A stretch of DNA of 53,218 bases from a virus (Duplodnaviria; Caudoviricetes), in IMG/VR virus record IMGVR_UViG_3300037150_000044, positions 1-53,218 of that record; one strand, written 5' to 3'. Below, one piece after another: positions 53,177 through 53,218 of the stretch. The notes under the pieces were generated by a model that did no database searches, had not been told where the DNA came from, and saw only the letters and a list, made by a program, of their open reading frames with translations. Position 1 is the stretch's first letter, and each line of letters begins with the position of its first letter. The translations under genes and the position numbers were made by a program.

Positions 53177-53218
53177 TAACTCATTTGTTTTCAGTGACTT
53201 GAAACGAAGACGGGTTGT
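53177..53218 (+). ncRNA. probable start of a further group I intron (truncated by window)
   Basis: Exon ACAAU(U) is complementary to GGUUGU at the window end; shift to AT-rich sequence that does not look like capsid coding. Confidence 0.45.

Noticed and set aside
1-53218. Stop-codon reassignment, diversity-generating retroelement or retron
   Set aside because: Genes translate intact in the standard code, the interruptions are explained by introns, and no reverse transcriptase or suppressor tRNA is present.

Overview
Segment of a large (about 55% GC by eye) tailed-phage genome with no host housekeeping genes. Bases 1-38.4 kb are transcribed almost entirely on the minus strand. This arm carries RNA-repair and replication genes (DRB0094-type and T4 Rnl1-type RNA ligases, HAD phosphatases, SF2 helicase, PD-(D/E)XK nuclease, family A DNA polymerase), a Ycf46-like AAA/DUF1257/DUF2997 module, and a probable early region (about 18-24 kb) with a strongly skewed word composition next to a non-coding candidate genome end or origin (24.3-25.1 kb). 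It also has a non-coding RNA block (33.5-34.7 kb) holding a circularly permuted (two-piece) tmRNA, an atypical tRNA-like element and a ~600-nt structured region. From 38.4 kb the plus strand carries RNase H, three tRNAs interleaved with unexplained structured spacers, JAB, phosphatase and GNAT enzymes, and the head module (terminase, portal, scaffold, major capsid). The portal is split by one group I intron. The capsid gene is split by two complete group I introns (one with a LAGLIDADG ORF that reads through the ribozyme core), by a 40-nt insertion that has group I splice-site hallmarks but no catalytic core, and probably by a fourth intron cut off by the window edge. All calls are from reading the sequence by eye; no searches or folding programs were run.
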